Origin: Azolla caroliniana
Lineage: Eukaryota > Plantae > Polypodiophyta
Length of the DNA stretch: 64,000 nt
Reading direction: 5' to 3'
Assembly (NCBI GenBank): GCA_043228905.1
Contig: JBHGNT010000008.1
Location: 21,576,001 to 21,640,000 of the forward strand
The notes under the pieces are model-generated. The model had not been told where the DNA came from and did not search any database. It saw nothing but the letters and a program-made list of their open reading frames with translations. Positions 26,801 to 36,456 of this stretch are shown here, one piece after another (position 1 is the stretch's first letter; each line of letters opens with the position of its first letter). A program made the translations under genes and the position numbers.

Positions 26801-28685
26801 ACATAAATTTTGCACTCGGCATACTTGAAGAAGAAAGTGGTTGGATGTTCTCTCACAAGTTGCCGACGTGCCTCTGCTGAATGCGATCCACCAATGACAA
26901 AATAATTATATTGATCATGCTTTCTGATATCAAAATCTTCAATGGTTTCACATTCTTCAGGATCCACCATAACAATAAAAGGCACCACTGTGGCATGAGG
27001 ATTAATTTTCATTTTTTTCTTGAGATTTTGAACATGCATGCGATGAGGCTCTCTAATCTCAAGTGGTCTTCGACCTGTTTTTTCATCAATAGGGGGCCGA
27101 TGGATGTGTGTTATAGGCAAATTAAATACTTGCCCTTTCCTGACCAGCTTCCGTTGCATTAACTCTCTCCTTATTTTATTCTGCTCGGATGACAAGACAC
27201 CCGAGGCCAGCTCGGCTCCTGACGTCCCCTTATTATCCTCTTCTTCATTTTCACTTGTCGAATCCGTATCCGACATTTTCGTTGTCTTCTTCTTGGCTGG
27301 TCTTGACTGGACTTTGGATACCTTTTTTGTGGCCTTCAAGTGGGAGGGCTCTTCATCTCTTAGAGTTACATGGCCTTGTATATAAGGCCTCAAGGTAACA
27401 ATCAGGTTTTGTGAGTTATCAAGTGCTTTTTTGAACACTTCAGGCCCACAAGATTCCTTTACTAAAAGGTCTTCTGAAAGGAACACTTTGCGTACCCCCT
27501 TGGAGCACTCTATCATTACCAGTATGTTGGCCGAATCTGCATCTTCGTAATCAAATCGTAGAATTCGGCCATACATAAATGAAGTTTCTTTTCCTAGCTG
27601 CCCCTCACCCTTCTTCTTTGCTGTATACAATACGACTTTTTTCTTTGAGTCGACATATTGCATACACCATTCCTTGTCCGTTAGATCTCGGTCAGGAAGG
27701 TCTTCGCCTCCAGTAGCGGCAACAAGTTTCTTTTGGCTTACATCACTATGTGGCTGAGATTTTGTCTCTTCGTTAAAGAGAAGCTTTTTTCCTCTCTTCA
27801 TGGTCTCAGGAGTTACCTTGGTCTGGGCTTCGATTGGAGAACCTTGTATGCGAAGCTTAATTTTCTTCATGGGTCGGTCTGACAGGTTCTCAAACGACCT
27901 ATTTAAGAAAGTATATGCAAAAACATAAGTTAGACAGTCACGTAGATTGAAGTTGTTATTATAATGAAGAACAGTTTCCAGGAGCAGTAACATATTCAAA
28001 AATCTATTATAGGCAGGCCTATTCAACCTAGAAAATATATATCGTAATAAGTAAAACGGGTTATATATTCTTTTAAATAGTAGGTATGACTTATATAGAT
28101 TCTAAACCTATATTGAGGAGAATTTGCCATAGTGAAGGCAATTTGTAGATCATTTTCTACTATTTAAAGCTAAAGTAGGTCATAAAACACCTATAATTAG
28201 AGCATGTATTTGTTTAAAAGTAAGTAAAGTCAACATAAAAAAGACTGATTTTGCCAGACAATTTGATATCATTTCCACCCCATAAACGAATTTTCTCTCT
28301 CAAAGCCTTCTTATATACAGGGACTCGATACGCCGTATCGAGTTCGTGTTTAAAGTGTAGGTTTTAAACACGAACTCGATACGCCGTATCGAGTTCGTGT
28401 TTAAAATCTACACTTTAAACACGAACTCGATACGGCGTATCGAGTTCGTGTTTAAAACCTACACTTTAAACACGAACTCGATACGGCGTATCGAGTTCGT
28501 GTTTAAAATTCAAACTTTAAACACGAACTTGATACGGCGTATCGAGTTCGTGTTTAAAACCTACACTTTAAACATGAACTCGATACGCCGTATCGAGTTC
28601 TTGAGAAACGAAACATATTTACAAAAATGTCCACAGTGTCAGAGGCCTACCTGGAGTCCTCGCGCTCGATTCTCTTGGAAGACAT
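23808..28685 (-). CDS. Six-exon gene: ParB/Srx-like domain + beta-class N6-adenine/N4-cytosine DNA methyltransferase (~974 aa); exon 2 disrupted by a solo LTR in this copy
   Basis: Exons 28685-28651, 27898-25391 (less the 870-bp insertion), 25318-25180, 25096-24630, 24541-24249, 24160-23808; all introns GT..AG and in phase; total 2925 nt. Motifs: CGDVIDLI, IADIPYG, LAWIK, NPYQKP, LDLFSGTGTT...RNTVALE; ParB-like YFVIGGSHSAEA. Confidence 0.85.
25841..26706 (+). mobile_element. Solo LTR of the tRNA-Trp-primed gypsy lineage, inserted in exon 2 of the ParB-MTase gene; 4-bp TSD CCGT
   Basis: TGTCG...CGACA ends; ccgt at 25837-40 and 26707-10; removal gives in-frame SIERIRFFHHEYLD; shares the tccaagacc..gtgg motif with LTRs at 33245 and 52845. 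Confidence 0.85.
25925..26047. repeat. 23-bp tandem repeat (GAAAACGGCATACCGGCAAGGAG), 5 copies, in the solo LTR
   Basis: Directly visible. Confidence 0.9.
28323..28600. repeat. Array of six palindromes (full unit 43 bp) with 8-bp linkers, 51-bp period, in intron 1 of the ParB-MTase gene
   Basis: TTTAAACACGAACTCGATACG-S-CGTATCGAGTTCGTGTTTAAA; linkers gtgtaggt, atctacac, acctacac, attcaaac, acctacac; first and last units truncated. Confidence 0.95.
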
Positions 28686-28828
28686 GGTTGATCGTGTTGA
28701 AGTGGAGGCGGAGATCGCGCTTTCGTGCTTTGTGCTCTGAGTGCTTTGTGTGCTCTGTGTGCTCTCTGCGTTCTGTGTGCTCTGTACGCTCTGTACGCTC
28801 TGGTGAGTGAAATATGATGAGGTCTTCC

Positions 28829-28836
28829 TATTTATA
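28829..28836 (-). promoter_or_regulatory. Putative TATA box of the ParB-MTase gene
   Basis: CCTATAAATAGG on -, ~145 bp upstream of the exon-1 ATG at 28685; followed by a (CAGAGCACA)-type repeated leader. Confidence 0.6.
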
Positions 28837-29054
28837 GGGATTGAACCCATGGTTAAAGTAACCATAGTCACCTTAACCAATGTTGGTAACTTTGAGGATA
28901 GTTAGTTTGTAACCATAGTCACATTAACTATAGTAACTTATGATTGTATTAATGATTACAAAGTCAAACTAACATATTGATCAATCTTTTATACTCATAA
29001 CAACCTACAATCACTTCAAAGGTTATGAAGGAGACAATGATAGAGGTTCATGAA

Positions 29055-29235
29055 TGTACCAATGATTGATTACTAAAAGCAACAATTTTTATGACTCTCA
29101 AATGTTATGTATTAAAGATGTGGGCATGAATTAACCAATGATTGATAAGTCTAATATTTAAAATGGTGAGCATTAAAGAACCAATGAGTGAGACGTTCTA
29201 TATCAAAATGGGTGTCATTAATTAGCCAATGATTT
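29055..29235 (+). promoter_or_regulatory. Four CCAATGA boxes in the divergent intergenic region
   Basis: CCAAT at 29059, 29135, 29181 and 29226; the last three lie in a degenerate ~46-bp repeat. Confidence 0.45.
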
Positions 29236-29507
29236 TAACATTAATCCAACATATTCAAGGCTTGTTAATGATTAGTTTTATATTTTACTTGATTTAACAT
29301 CATTTAGATCTAGTTTATATAATGATTGATAATTTAAGTTAAATTACTTTATTAAAAATAATTTTTAGATGTATTGTATTAATAGAATATTACATAATAT
29401 AGACATTCTATTGATTTGGCTTTTGTTTAGAGAGAAGTTTATGTTTAGGGAGGAGTATATGGTTAGAGAGGAGTATAACTTAGAGAGCCCTATCTAGACC
29501 TTAAGCC

Positions 29508-32288
29508 ATGAGTGAAGATTCACCGTTCTCGATTGAAGAATATTGTTTGTCATCAGACCCATCGTTTTCTACTGAAGAGTATTGTTTGTCAACAGAGTCA
29601 CCATATTCGATTGAAGAATATTGTCTTTCGACCGACTCACCATATTCTATCGAAGAATATTGTCTAAGCTCATCTACAGGGAATGTAAATAATGACACAT
29701 GTGAAGAGTTCTCTATTGAAGAATACGATATTAATAAAGATACCGAGAATGAAGGAAGTGCCCAGGAAACATTGAATAACATTGGCGATGGTCAGAACAG
29801 AGAATTAGACTGTAACAAGGTTACACCAACCTCTATGCAGGAAGAGAAATCTGGGAGCCCTATGCATATTAGAAGAATCCCACGAAGAATTCGTCTGGCT
29901 AGATTTAGCTTGGTGACATCAGATAAACAGATTGGATTTGATGTCAACAAAATATGTTGTGCCCGTTGTTGTATGTCTATGATTGGAAAATCAAAGTTGC
30001 GAGAATTAAGGCGATACTATTTTTCGATGACCGGTGATGAGCAAGACACTTACCTCGGATCACATATGCAACTAGTATCTGACAAATGTACGGGGATCAA
30101 AGTATCATTCGAGTATTATATCTTCCATGCGCAACAGATATGTAGAGTTGCATTCAAAATTGTGTTATGTGTTAGTAACATGCGGCTACATAGAGTACAA
30201 CAACGTCTACTTAGCGGGGATCAGATGCTCAATTGTAAAGAGGTTCCAAGTATGAAAGGTGCAATTGGAAGACTGGCTATTGGCTGGATGAAAACTTACT
30301 TTCAGTTAAATTGTGAAGTAATGCCCACTACAGGTAGGATGCATCTTTCTGATAATTATACCCGTCGGGAAGTTTATGATGTCTATCGATCTGAAATGCT
30401 GGGCTCACGTAATAAGTCTATCACCTATAGCCAATTCACAAGATTATGGAGAGCTCGGTTTTCAAATGTTATTATTCCTCGTAAAGTACGTATGGGTTAT
30501 TGCTCCATTTGTGCAAATCTTAAAAGTTTGGCTAAAGGTGCAAAGACATCAATGGAAAAGGATACGAGTAAGAAGTTACTACAAGAGCATCGTGAGGCAC
30601 AATCCTTAGAACGAAGGAAGGCGATGCATCATAGAGAGAAGTGTTTGAAGAGGCCTGAACAATACATGTGCTTAATGATAGATGGCATGGACCAGAAGAA
30701 GACATGCTTGCCGCATATGCGGAGGTTCCCCAAAGATGTCAATGATGAGTGCCTTGTTCAAATGCACTTGGTGGGATGCTTGGCTTATAATAGGTCTGTT
30801 CGACCTCACGTCTTCATTACTTACCCCAATGTTCACAATGACCCTAACCTAACAGTTACAGTGATTCACCGAGTTTTGATGTCTTGGGGACAACCTTTCC
30901 CCCCTGTTCTATACATTCAATTGGACAATACTGCTAGAGAGAACAAAAATTCAACTGTATTTGGCTATCTAAGTATGTTGGTCAACCTAGAATTGTTTAG
31001 GAAAGTGAAAGTCAATTTCCTTTTGGTTGGCCACACACATGACCATATAGATCAGATGTTTAGCACATTCTCCAGACAGTTGTCTCGGCATGATGCTTTC
31101 ACTTTACCTAAACTATTTGATGTCATTTGTGATGCATATACACCACGCCCAAAAGTGTTACACTTGAAGGAGGTATATGACTTTAAGAGATATATATTAG
31201 ATGGGGGTGGTGGGAATGTTAAAGTGCTTGCTCAGTTAAACAATATAAGTTTCAATCACATTTTTTTGATAAAGAAAAATGGAATAAGTGGTTCTACACT
31301 TTTGTATGCTAAACAATATTCATCTTCTACAACATGGGAACCTGAAGGTGGTTGCCAGTTATTACTTTGTATGCTGAGTACAATTGTCCATGGAGCTAAG
31401 CAAATGCCAATTGAGAAGAAAGGACAGTTGCAGAGCGACTTGGTACTAGAACAAAAACGGTCATGGCTCCATGCCTTAGAAGAAAAAAGAATACATATTG
31501 AGGCCGCCAAGAAATATGCCGCACAACAAGACACGTCATGGTGGGATGTATTTTATAGTGATCAGAAAGAAATTATAGACAATTGTGTATCTGTTGATAA
31601 TTGGAATTTGGAAACGCCATTCACATGGTCGCTGCAACATGATCGCGTAAATAGAAGTCCGGAGCGACTAGTAAATGCGATTAATGACAGCTTGGTCCAT
31701 CCACAACAAAGAGACATTTATGTGGGACCAAGGATGACCAAAGCAGCCGAAGCTAGATGGCAAGGAAATTTGCAAGAGCTCACCGCGGGGATGTTGATTG
31801 CAACGCCGGCTGATGAGAACTCACATGGCCACCAATTTTGGGTTGGTAAAATTCTAGAAGTGCTAATGCATGAAATAGAAAACACGATCAAGTCTATAAA
31901 TGTTCATTGGTACAACACTAGAAGTGCAAATGCTTTTACAGGTAAGTATACATTGGAGATGATTGAATGCCAAACAAGAAGGGGAGGTAGGAAGAGGAAG
32001 CGAAACATTCGTAACACCTCGACCCTTGATATCTCTGATGTGGATATCATCGTGTACGACTTCACACTTACAAAAGCCGGACGATTAAGGAAGTCAACAA
32101 TAGATATAATAAAAGAAAAATTACCAGGTCTACAAGGTGGCTCGAGTCAAAGGCAAACGAGATCTGCTACATATAATCTAGAGTCAAACCATTTGGTTTA
32201 TGACGAAGATAATGCACTGATTGGTACATCCGAGGATGATGAGGAGGAATCGTCATTGTATATTAGTTATAGTAGTGATTCTCCGTAA
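29508..32288 (+). CDS. Transposase, 926 aa, Sola-like DDD (DUF7869-type) core; intact and intronless
   Basis: CCARCC, ICRVAF, YSQFTRLWR, CSIC..H motifs; candidate catalytic IDGMDQ, QLDNTARENKN, FLLVGHTHDHIDQMFS; enclosed by TIRs. Confidence 0.85.
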   Translation: MSEDSPFSIEEYCLSSDPSFSTEEYCLSTESPYSIEEYCLSTDSPYSIEEYCLSSSTGNVNNDTCEEFSIEEYDINKDTENEGSAQETLNNIGDGQNRELDCNKVTPTSMQEEKSGSPMHIRRIPRRIRLARFSLVTSDKQIGFDVNKICCARCCMSMIGKSKLRELRRYYFSMTGDEQDTYLGSHMQLVSDKCTGIKVSFEYYIFHAQQICRVAFKIVLCVSNMRLHRVQQRLLSGDQMLNCKEVPSMKGAIGRLAIGWMKTYFQLNCEVMPTTGRMHLSDNYTRREVYDVYRSEMLGSRNKSITYSQFTRLWRARFSNVIIPRKVRMGYCSICANLKSLAKGAKTSMEKDTSKKLLQEHREAQSLERRKAMHHREKCLKRPEQYMCLMIDGMDQKKTCLPHMRRFPKDVNDECLVQMHLVGCLAYNRSVRPHVFITYPNVHNDPNLTVTVIHRVLMSWGQPFPPVLYIQLDNTARENKNSTVFGYLSMLVNLELFRKVKVNFLLVGHTHDHIDQMFSTFSRQLSRHDAFTLPKLFDVICDAYTPRPKVLHLKEVYDFKRYILDGGGGNVKVLAQLNNISFNHIFLIKKNGISGSTLLYAKQYSSSTTWEPEGGCQLLLCMLSTIVHGAKQMPIEKKGQLQSDLVLEQKRSWLHALEEKRIHIEAAKKYAAQQDTSWWDVFYSDQKEIIDNCVSVDNWNLETPFTWSLQHDRVNRSPERLVNAINDSLVHPQQRDIYVGPRMTKAAEARWQGNLQELTAGMLIATPADENSHGHQFWVGKILEVLMHEIENTIKSINVHWYNTRSANAFTGKYTLEMIECQTRRGGRKRKRNIRNTSTLDISDVDIIVYDFTLTKAGRLRKSTIDIIKEKLPGLQGGSSQRQTRSATYNLESNHLVYDEDNALIGTSEDDEEESSLYISYSSDSP

Positions 32289-32800
32289 AGGAGTGATCAT
32301 GAATGTATATTTGGCTATTAAGTGTAACTACATTCCGCTTGTAACAAATCGAGTAATATAAAATCATGTGTTTTGAATTCTTATGATTTCCCAAAAATCG
32401 TTTCTTATAAAATAACATTGGTTGTAAAGTTTGTGATATAAATTGAGAATGTATGTTTTTGAAATTCGTCTTTTTTTAGTTACTTCTAAATCACGAAAAT
32501 AGTGGATTTTTAACCTTTTTCATAGTATGTTTGAACTTGTATGATACTGGTATCAATGTGTTTTGTAAAATCATTGAAAAACCCCTAAAATTTCCCTTAT
32601 CCTTCCATTTATGCGCGATCCTTCCACTTGTGAACGCGAACGTGTTTTAGGATGATAGTGATCTACATTAGTCTTATGTTGCAATGTGCTTGAGCTGCCT
32701 GAAGATGTGAAGATAACGCTAACTAGATCCGGAGTAGTCGATGAAGGTGATGCTCAACACTAGGGATTTGTGCGAACTCGGGAGGATCTATGATACACCA

Positions 32801-33240
32801 TCAAGGATGGTTGCCAGTGTAGGCAAAGAAAGGTGTAACCTTGGTAGAAGAGTGTACCGTGTTATTGTATGCAAACTCAGCAAGATGTAAACTATTACTG
32901 CAATCATCTTGTTGATAACTGATGAAGCAACGAAGATATTGCTCGAGCGTTTGATTTGTGCGCTCTATTTGTCCGTCAGTTTGTGGATGATAAGCCGAGG
33001 AGAGTTTGCAGGAGATTCTGAGGCCAGCCCATAGGTGCTTCCAAAAGTGAGAAATAAATTGAGGATCACGATCGCTAATTATATTGTTTGGAAGACCATG
33101 ATGATGAAACACTTCACGCATAATGAGATATGCGGTTTCCTAATTTCAGATGCTCTTAACACGTGGTAAAAAGTGCATCATCTTGGTAAATCGATCGACT
33201 ACAGTTAAAATAGTATCAAATCCTTTTGAAGGTGGCAGAT
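32801..33240 (-). pseudogene. Integrase core fragment of chromovirus B, between the two insertions
   Basis: DLPPSKGFDTILTVVDRFTK; IISDRDPQF; YHPQTDGQIERTNQTLEQYLRC. Confidence 0.9.
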
Positions 33241-33848
33241 CCGTTGTTGTGAAGAATTTCGGCCAAAGGCGGAAACTGGGAACGTTGGCTACATCGGCGG
33301 GGTGCAACGTGTGTACGCACCCATGTACATTTAGTGTGAATATCGAGGGCGCCTTTATGGCGCCGAAGAGAGTCAAGTCGGGGCAGACGATCCCATGTAA
33401 GGCGGGATTTGTCCCACATTGTAACACATCCCTCTCCTTGTACTATAAAAGGAAGGGATCACCCTTTGGAAAGGCTTTGCCCATTTTGCATTAGAGGGTA
33501 TACCGTTAGGTTTAGAGTTAGGTTCTTCTTCTCTCTCCTTCGTGTTTTGCTTAGGGTTTGCTTTGGTTAGGCCTCTTGTGCAAGACCCCGCTCGACGCGA
33601 CGAGCTGAGAGCTCCCCGACGGCGGCTTGGCAGCAGACGACTACTGTAACCTACCTCAGTCCGGCTTGAAGCCGGGAATGTATTCTTCATATATATATAC
33701 ATACATATACGTTTATGTTTGTCTGTGTATATTCGCGTCGTTGTTGGCGTCGGGTGCTTACCCTCTCCTGCGTTTTCTGTACATAAGGTGTGAGTCGGGT
33801 TGAGCTGCGTGTGCGTGTGCGTGTGTGTGCGTGAGTCAGTGTTAAGCA

Positions 33849-33886
<38 letters not shown>

Positions 33887-34053
33887 TCGGTTGCTTCCGG
33901 TGTGTTTCGGGGATGCCCCAGAAACAGTGAAGCACGACTCCCTATGCTCCATCACTCACTCGTCCAAGACCCCTGTGGTCCCGCCTTTCTCCACGCACGC
34001 GCGTAACAACGCGACATATTTGGTGAACCCGACGTGAAAGGCGGCAAGGGAGG

Positions 34054-35409
34054 ATGGAGTCAGAAGACGACGACCTTGCGGGGATGGTGGCCGAAGTGGT
34101 GTTGGAGTCGGCACGAGTGGTGATGAGGCGAGAAGCAACGCAACAAGCGGTTGAGCGAGTGGTCGAAAGAGTCGGCCGTTTCAATGGGGACAAAGTCCCA
34201 TCTTACCTAGAAGCCTACAACGCAGAAATGGAGGAGCGTGGCGTAGACAAGGCGTTGAGGCTGGAGTTTTTCCGTCGGGTCGTAGCTGTCCGGATGCATG
34301 TGGAAGTGAAGGAGCTCCGTGAGGCTCATAGTTCGTGGGAGGCCTTCGAAGAGGCGCTCTTGAAGGCATACGGAGGACGGCGAAAGAGCCGGGGACGACA
34401 CGATTTCGACCAGTGGGTAGCAACGGCAAAAACCCACCGGGGTGCAATGAAGGCGTTCCGAGAGTTCGAGCGGCGGCTTGCTCGGCTCCCGGAGCGGGAA
34501 CAAGGTTTGGTGGGGGCGGACAAGGTCCTATTGTTCGTCAGGTCGATCGACCGAGCGGAACGGGAAGCCATCGGGATTGAACTCGAAGACGATGATGGAG
34601 CGAATGGGCTTACGGAGGACTGGGCGAAGGTCGGAAGGGTGTGCCAACGGCTAGACAACGAGCGAGCCGAGAAGGCTAAGAGGAAGGTACGCGACGACGT
34701 GCCATCACAGCGGGAAGAGGCCGAACGGAAAAGGGAGTTGGCAAGGATCGGCGTTGGGGCTAGGATTGCGGAGGCGTACGCAGCTCTCAAAGCGATGCTC
34801 GAGGAAGAGGGAAGATCAAGGCCGGAAGCCGAGACCAAGGAGACGGACTTGCCCCACGCGACGACGGAAGATCGGTACGACGGTACCACGGGAGAGGGTG
34901 CGGAACAAAACGCCCTCTCGACTTGCGGAGATAGAACGGCCAAGGACGAGGCCGAGATACCGATCGCAGAACCGGAACATTGGGACCAGAGGTTTCGGGC
35001 GTGTCAGCCCGAGATCCCGGTCATTGGAGAAGCAAGCCCAAACGGGGCTTGCGCGATCGGTAAGAAGACGACCGCTGACCACGGAGAGCCGGTGGCTATG
35101 GACAAGGGCGTAAAACGGACGGGTGATTCTTTGTGTCTTCCCACACTTACTCCCGAGACGATGGTAGTCGGGCTCGAGTGCCCACGTGAGTCCCAAGCGG
35201 AGGAAGGCGGCAGCGAAACGCCAAGAATCACCGGTAAGACGATACGGGGAAGGAGCGGACAAAAGCCCACGGACCCAATTCCGGAGAACTCGACATTCGG
35301 GCCCGTATGCCCATATAAGACCGAGAAGATGGATGGCGGTACTGAGGAGTTCTGGCACGATGCCAGCGAAGACGGATGGGAGACGGCCTGCGGGAAGGCC
35401 GAGGACTGA
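34054..35409 (+). CDS. Gag-like protein with a divergent low-complexity C-terminus
   Basis: N-terminal ~200 aa align by eye with the gag at 53583 (RFNGDKVPSYLEAYNAEM; VLLFVRSID...LTEDWAKV). Confidence 0.75.
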   Translation: MESEDDDLAGMVAEVVLESARVVMRREATQQAVERVVERVGRFNGDKVPSYLEAYNAEMEERGVDKALRLEFFRRVVAVRMHVEVKELREAHSSWEAFEEALLKAYGGRRKSRGRHDFDQWVATAKTHRGAMKAFREFERRLARLPEREQGLVGADKVLLFVRSIDRAEREAIGIELEDDDGANGLTEDWAKVGRVCQRLDNERAEKAKRKVRDDVPSQREEAERKRELARIGVGARIAEAYAALKAMLEEEGRSRPEAETKETDLPHATTEDRYDGTTGEGAEQNALSTCGDRTAKDEAEIPIAEPEHWDQRFRACQPEIPVIGEASPNGACAIGKKTTADHGEPVAMDKGVKRTGDSLCLPTLTPETMVVGLECPRESQAEEGGSETPRITGKTIRGRSGQKPTDPIPENSTFGPVCPYKTEKMDGGTEEFWHDASEDGWETACGKAED

Positions 35410-35898
35410 CACATCACGTGGAGATCGGCATTCCGATACGGATGGAGCGTGATCTGGTCGTGGGTCGTTCGATCAAGGCCGGGCTCGGCATAAAGGTGCC
35501 GATACGGAAGGGGGGTGCGGGACGAGCCACCCTCTTTTACATGGGGAGAAAGACCGACCGGGCAAAGGTCGAGATTATGAACGAGAATGAAAGCCGGTCC
35601 TATGGGATTCCTTACACCGATCCGGCTGCAGGCCCGAGTGCCGACGTGAGTCCTATAAGAGAGGATGGTGGCGACAGGAGAACGGGAATCGGCAATCCGG
35701 AGAAGGACGAACGGACTTGGACGAGAACCGAGCGGAGCGGACTCCCGGATGACCATTCCGGGAGGGAGGAAGAGAGTAGGCCTACGAAGAGGCCGAGGAC
35801 ACGGTACGTCAATACCAAGGGAGAGGGTGCGAAACAAAATGCCCTCTCGGCAATGCGGAAAAGGACGACCCGGGACAGGGTCAAGAAGGCGACGAAGT

Positions 35899-36456
35899 TC
35901 TACGGAGGATCCTTACCACCGGTTCTAGAGACTTTGGCAGTCGGCAACGTGGTCGATGTAAGACAAAGATACTGACGGTGGCGGCGAGGTGACGAAGACA
36001 AGGGCTATGGATAGGAGGTCTACGGAGGATCCTTCACACCGGTTCTAGAGACTTCGGCGGTCGGCAACGTGGCTGACGTAAGACCAAGATACTGACGGTG
36101 GCGGCGAGGTGACGAAGGCAAGGGCTACGGATGGGCGGTCTACAGAGGATCCTTCACACCGGTTCTAGAGACTTCGGCGGTCGGCAATACGGCCGACGTA
36201 AGACCAAGATACTGAAGGTGGCGGCGAGGTGACGAAGGCAAGGGCTACGGATGGGAGGTCTATGGAGGATCCTTCACACCGGTTCTAGAGACTTCGGCGG
36301 TCGGCAACGCGGCCGACGTAAGACCAAGATACTGACAGTGGCGGCGAGGTGATGAAGGTAAGGGCTACGGATGGGAGGTCTATGGAGGATCCTTCACACG
36401 GTTCTAGAGACTTCGGCGGTCGGCAACGCGGCCGACGTAAGACCAAGATACTGAAG
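35899..36456. repeat. 120-bp tandem array, ~5 copies, in gypsy C; last unit split by copia D
   Basis: gaggatcc recurs with 'ggat' ending at 35910, 36030, 36150, 36270 and 36390; the unit resumes at 41751. Confidence 0.92.

Larger units (their letters stand above)
22761..32646 (+). mobile_element. Cut-and-paste DNA transposon (Sola-like DDD transposase) carrying a ParB-like/DNA amino-methyltransferase gene
   Basis: TIRs AACACGTTCGCGTTCACAAGTGGAAGGAT(T/C)GCGCA at 22761-22795 and 32612-32646 (1 mismatch); TSD TTAG at 22757-60 and 32647-50; excision restores integrase frame NVDHYHPKSPFQVGDRVWLL. Confidence 0.92.

Noticed and set aside
27899-28026. N-terminus of the 450-aa ORF as called (MNRPAY...)
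   Set aside because: Starts at TTG in AT-rich sequence that ends in a good acceptor (ttaaatag); better explained as intron 1
28323-28600. CRISPR array
   Set aside because: Linkers are only 8 bp and nearly constant, there are no cas genes, and the array lies in a spliceosomal intron
23808-28685. Bacterial contamination or prophage origin of the ParB-MTase sequence
   Set aside because: It has five in-phase GT-AG introns, a TATA box and an LTR insertion, and it lies inside a TSD-flanked element within plant retrotransposons
28397-28810. 137-aa ORF with a 17-aa repeat
   Set aside because: A by-product of the 51-bp array; antisense to exon 1 and intron 1 of the MTase gene
22761-32646. CACTA, hAT, Mutator or Helitron classification
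   Set aside because: Ends are AACACG with a 4-bp TSD (not CACTA/3 bp, 8 bp or 9 bp) and there are no Rep-helicase motifs; Sola-like is the best fit but unconfirmed
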